The notes under the pieces are model-generated. The model had not been told where the DNA came from. It saw only the letters and a list, made by a program, of their open reading frames with translations, and searched no databases. A stretch of 63,984 nucleotides of DNA, counting the filler, from Octopus bimaculoides (lineage: Eukaryota), in the NCBI RefSeq assembly GCF_001194135.2. It is 6 parts of 6 records of this genome, joined end to end, with 100 filler letters (N's around TTAATTAATTAA, not from the genome) between each part and the next. Parts side by side here need not be neighbours in the genome. Positions count along the whole stretch, not along the records: positions 52,988 to 59,356 come from NC_069007.1; positions 59,457 to 62,746 come from NC_068985.1; positions 62,847 to 63,984 come from NW_026424132.1; 3 more parts are not named here. One strand, written 5' to 3'. Of this stretch, positions 59,228-63,984 are shown piece after piece (within the stretch, counting starts at the first letter, position 1; every line of letters starts with the position of its first letter). Position numbers and translations under genes: made by a program.

Positions 59228-61989
59228 TACTCGCACACACATATAACCTAGTATTTATGTACGTGTGTGTATGTGTATGTGTATGTGTGTATGTGTATGT
59301 GTATGTGTGTGCGTGCATGCATGTGTGTGTGTGTGTGTGTATGAGGGAATGAGACANNNNNNNNNNNNNNNNNNNNNNNNNNNNNNNNNNNNNNNNNNNN
59401 TTAATTAATTAANNNNNNNNNNNNNNNNNNNNNNNNNNNNNNNNNNNNNNNNNNNNGAGGAGGAGGAGGAGGAGGAGGAGGAGGAGGACAACGACAACGT
59501 TGGCGACGACGACGCTGACTTGATTATACCTCTGTTACCGTTATTGTTACATCTATTTTTGCTAATGCTGCTACTGCTGTTGTTTAGCCACGGTTGAGTT
59601 CCGACTGAGCAGACCTCAGGCCAAAAGTATTCTAACCGTGAGCTTCCCGTTTACGAATATAACTAGAACTATCATAATCTAAACTCTTTACCACGGTGTG
59701 ATAATAATCCCTTTTTACCACGGTGTGGCATGGATCTGATGAAGTTTGACTGCTCTATTTCTAGCAAATCTAGCTAGCGGCGTAGAGACACCCTACTTGA
59801 CACGTGTTATCATTGTTTTTGTTGTTATTTTATATATTTATTTATTGATTGAAGCAGACATTTTGTATGATTGGCTGTGTGCTTGTGGGTACGTGTGTGT
59901 GTGTGTGTGTGTGTGGATGGATGGATGGGGCAACAGAAAAATGTGGCTGGGTTGGTCTGCGGTGTGCAGATGTTGCATGGAGATAATGAGATATAATCTT
60001 GCATGACGATCTTTTGTCTCTAAACGACACGCTTAAAAGTTCAGTCAGTCAACATCCACCGTCGCATCCTTATCACCCCTATCACTAAGCAAATAAGAAA
60101 AACCACCACTACCACCGCCACATCCCCCAACCAAGAACATCACCACCAACACCAATTCCCCCCACCATCACTGCCATCGCCACCACTCTCACGTGCAGAA
60201 GTACCAGGTCTGGCATTAAACCTAAACACCACGCCATCAAGTTATTGTATTATGTGACTGACGCGCTGCCTACTTTGCTATCGACCCAATGAGAGTCTCT
60301 CTATGGTAACACAACATGCTAGAAATAGCTGTTAAAGGCGGCGAGCTGGCAGAGATGTTAGCACGCCAGACGAAATGCTTAGCGGTATTTCGTCTGCCGC
60401 TACGTTGTGTTCAAATTCCGCCGAGGTCGACTTTGCCTTTCATCCTTTCGGGGTCGATAAATTAAGTACCACTTACGCACTGGCGTCGATATAATCGACT
60501 TAATCCCTTTGTCTGTCCTTGTTTGTCCCCTCTATGTTTAGCCCCTTGTGGACAATAAAGAAATAAGAAATAGCAGTTAAAACAATCTTACTTGGACTTG
60601 TGCCTCGGAGGGTAACTTTCTAGGTGCAATCCCATGGTTATTCATGACCGAAGGGTCTCCTCATATCCCTATATATATAAAAGAAAGCAATTAGTTTTAA
60701 ATCTCTGAGCGAGAAGTAGTAACAGTACTACAGAGTAAAATCCATTTACCAACGTAAAGTGGCAGTCCTGATTAGGACGATGTTACTACCTTTTTTAGCT
60801 NNNNNNNNNNNNNNNNNNNNNNNNNNNNNNNNNNNNNNNNNNNNNNNNNNNNNNNNNNNNNNNNNNNNNNNNNNNNNNNNNNNNNNNNNNNNNNNNNNNN
60901 NNNNNNNNNNNNNNNNNNNNNNNNNNNNNCGGCATTTGCCATGACAGATCGCTAGCCACTACACATTATAAGACTTTTTCACTTCCCGAGCGTTAGACTA
61001 ATACATCTGTTTGTTGTCTACACCACCTGTCTTCATCTTTTGTCTTTTTTTTTTGTGAATTCTCCCTATATATATAAAAGAAAGCAATTAGTTTTAAATC
61101 TCTGAGCGAGAAGTAGTAACAGTACTACAGAGTAAAATCCATTTACCAACGTAAAGTGGCAGTCCTGATTAGGACGATGTTACTACCTTTTTTAGCTTTT
61201 AGTTCCAGGAAAATATCTTTTCCAGCTGCCTACCGACACACAGCTGCATTCTCATACCTCCAGGCAGGGAGCTAATGTCCCCACACAGCATTAAACGGTA
61301 CCTACGGACCATGGTTTCTAGGTTATTTCTCTTCATCGACACAGAATAACCGTTGGCTAGAGATCGCAATACTAGACCTTGCTCGAGATATATACTTTTA
61401 AAGTGACACACAATCACTGATCTCGTAAAATCTATTTGTCAACGTAAATTGGCAGTCTTGATTAGGACGATGTTACTACCTTTTTTAGCTTCAGGAAAAC
61501 ATCTTTTCTAGCTGGCTACCGACACAACTGCGTCCAATGTCCCCACTTATCTCCCTTGTTCGAGGTGTAAGGACTTGTGCGTTCGTAGCCAACTGGAAAT
61601 GATGTTTTCCAGGGGCTAAAAAAGTTAGTAACATCGTCCTAATCAGGACTGCCAATTTACGTTCGCAAATAGATTTTACTCTTTATATATATATATATGT
61701 TTTATTTATATTGTTATAAAATTAATGTGGGATATAGAATATGGAATATATAATGTAATATGAATAGTAAAATGAAATGAAGTATTGAATGTCTTATTGA
61801 ATATATGAAATATTGAGTATTAAATATAGAGAATTAAATATATAAAGGCTAGTACGTACTTTCATGCCTATTGGCATTCATCATGCTGGAACTCATTTAA
61901 ATAATATATTCCTCTATACACGATCATACAAAACCTATTTTTGTATATTTTTTAAATTTTTATTTTTATTTTTTATATTTATTTTTATT

Positions 61990-62043
<54 letters not shown>

Positions 62044-62510
62044 GGTGTGTGTGTGTGTGTGTGTATAAATATATATATATATATATGTATATATAAATAA
62101 TATATATATGCATATATACATACATATATGTACATACCTACAGATATTTGTTCACTTTTTTTTGACGTCCTCTACCCATATATGCATGTATATAAACATA
62201 TATATGTAGGTATTTGCATATATGCATGTATATATGCATATATATATATAATTTACATTATTATATGATCGAATGCCACGCATCCATTTCCAAGTATATA
62301 TATATATACTATTTTATTCTTTTATCTGTTTCAGTCATTTGACTGCGGCCATGCTGAAGAACCGCCTTTAGTCGAGGACTTATTCTTTGTAAGCCTAGTA
62401 CTTATTCTATCGGTCTCTCTTGCCGAACTGCTCGGTAACGGAGACGTAAACACACCAGCATCGGTTGTCAAGCGATGTTAGGGGAGCAAACACAGACACA
62501 CAAACATACA

Positions 62511-62545
<35 letters not shown>

Positions 62546-62915
62546 GACGGTCTTCTTTCAGTTTCCGTCTACCAAATCCACTCACAAGGCTTTGGGCGAC
62601 CCGAGGCTATAATAGAAGACACTTGCTCAAGGTGCCACGCAATGGGACTGAACCCAGAATCATGTGGTTGGTAGGCAAGCTACTTACCATACAGCCACTC
62701 CTGCGCCTTTGTTTAAGAATAATAAATTCGTACTCTATAAAAGTATNNNNNNNNNNNNNNNNNNNNNNNNNNNNNNNNNNNNNNNNNNNNTTAATTAATT
62801 AANNNNNNNNNNNNNNNNNNNNNNNNNNNNNNNNNNNNNNNNNNNNGGGAGATAGTTAGATATAGATGTATAGATAGGTAGGTAGGGAGATAGATAGATC
62901 GGTAAGTAGGTAGGG

Positions 62916-62948
<33 letters not shown>

Positions 62949-63947
62949 TACGAACGCGTAATTACGTTCATACATACAAGCACGGGTCGAAGCACAAACA
63001 AATATATATCCCTGTATATAAATGTAACCATGTACATATGCATCCATATATATATGTTTATAATGTATTCATATATGTTTCCATATATAAATGTAACCAT
63101 ATATATATGCTTATGCACACACACACACACACGTACGTTTATAAGTATGTATGTATAGAATCAAAACTAATGTGACGCCTGATTTCCTGATATCGTCTGA
63201 TTATATGCCACTATCGTAATCCTATATGTGGTAATAGAGAGATAACGAGTTCTAGTGTTTGTATTTCTCTTGTTTAAGTTTGCGTATTTCTGCACACTGC
63301 CAGCAATATAAATATCCCCATCTAACGATGTAGACCAACGTATAATTAGGGTATATATATAGATGTTAATTATATATTGACATGTAAGTATTTGTATAGA
63401 TACAACTATATGTTTATATATATACAAACATACATATATATATATAAGTGTATATATGTTTATGTATGTATATGTATATGAATGTATATACGTGTATATG
63501 CATGTATATATATGTATATGCATATATGTATATACATATATATATATATGTATATGTATGTATATATATGTATCTATATACATACATGTGTGTGTATATA
63601 TATATGTATATATATGTATATATATGTACATACATGTATATGTATAGATATATATGTATGAATATATAAGTATGTATCTATATATACATNNNNNNNNNNT
63701 GTATAGATATATATGTATGAATATATAAGTATGTATCTATATATACATAAATCTATCTATCTATCTCTCTCTCTCTATATATATATATACACACAGACAC
63801 ACACACACATATAGAAGCACAAATATAGATAAATATACAATATTTTTGTCATAGGTATAGCATACTGATATAAATATATCTATGTATGTATACATGGATA
63901 TACAAATATATATATGTAAGCATATATATACATGTATATGTAGGTAC

Positions 63948-63984
<37 letters not shown>

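Noticed and set aside
31911-62846. Recurrent TTAATTAATTAA as a biological motif
   Set aside because: It always sits at the centre of a 100-nt N block, so it is an assembly marker.
3345-63669. Most ORF-track entries (poly-HT/CV/YI/SL/T/X proteins)
   Set aside because: They are translations of CA, TA, CT and trinucleotide microsatellites or of N gaps; no domain signal.

Overview
Eukaryotic, repeat- and microsatellite-rich draft genome sequence with many N gaps. The repeat families and style suggest an octopus (inference, not verified). The only recognisable host gene is the 3' part of REV1 (Y-family translesion deoxycytidyl transferase) on the + strand. It has 9 coding exons between 924 and the stop at 18600, all with phase-compatible GT-AG junctions, encoding about 548 C-terminal residues (end of the polymerase domain, little finger/PAD, one ubiquitin-binding motif, C-terminal polymerase-interaction domain); the 5' exons lie upstream of the window. 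The rest is tRNA-headed SINEs, decayed LINEs (R4/Dong-like, RTE, CR1/L2, possibly Tx1/L1), a non-autonomous Helitron, hAT and Tc1/mariner remnants, foldback elements and simple repeats. Most ORF-track entries are microsatellite or N artefacts. The most notable result is a set of type-I hammerhead-ribozyme-like folds from at least four different sequence families: a near-perfect one at 21984-22083, an intact core at 41152-41213, one inside a tRNA-headed SINE at 24024-24069, and a CUGUUGA variant. In three places the motif occurs as a head-to-head inverted pair. Folds were paired by eye; none was computed or tested. No CRISPR, rRNA or true tRNA gene is supported.
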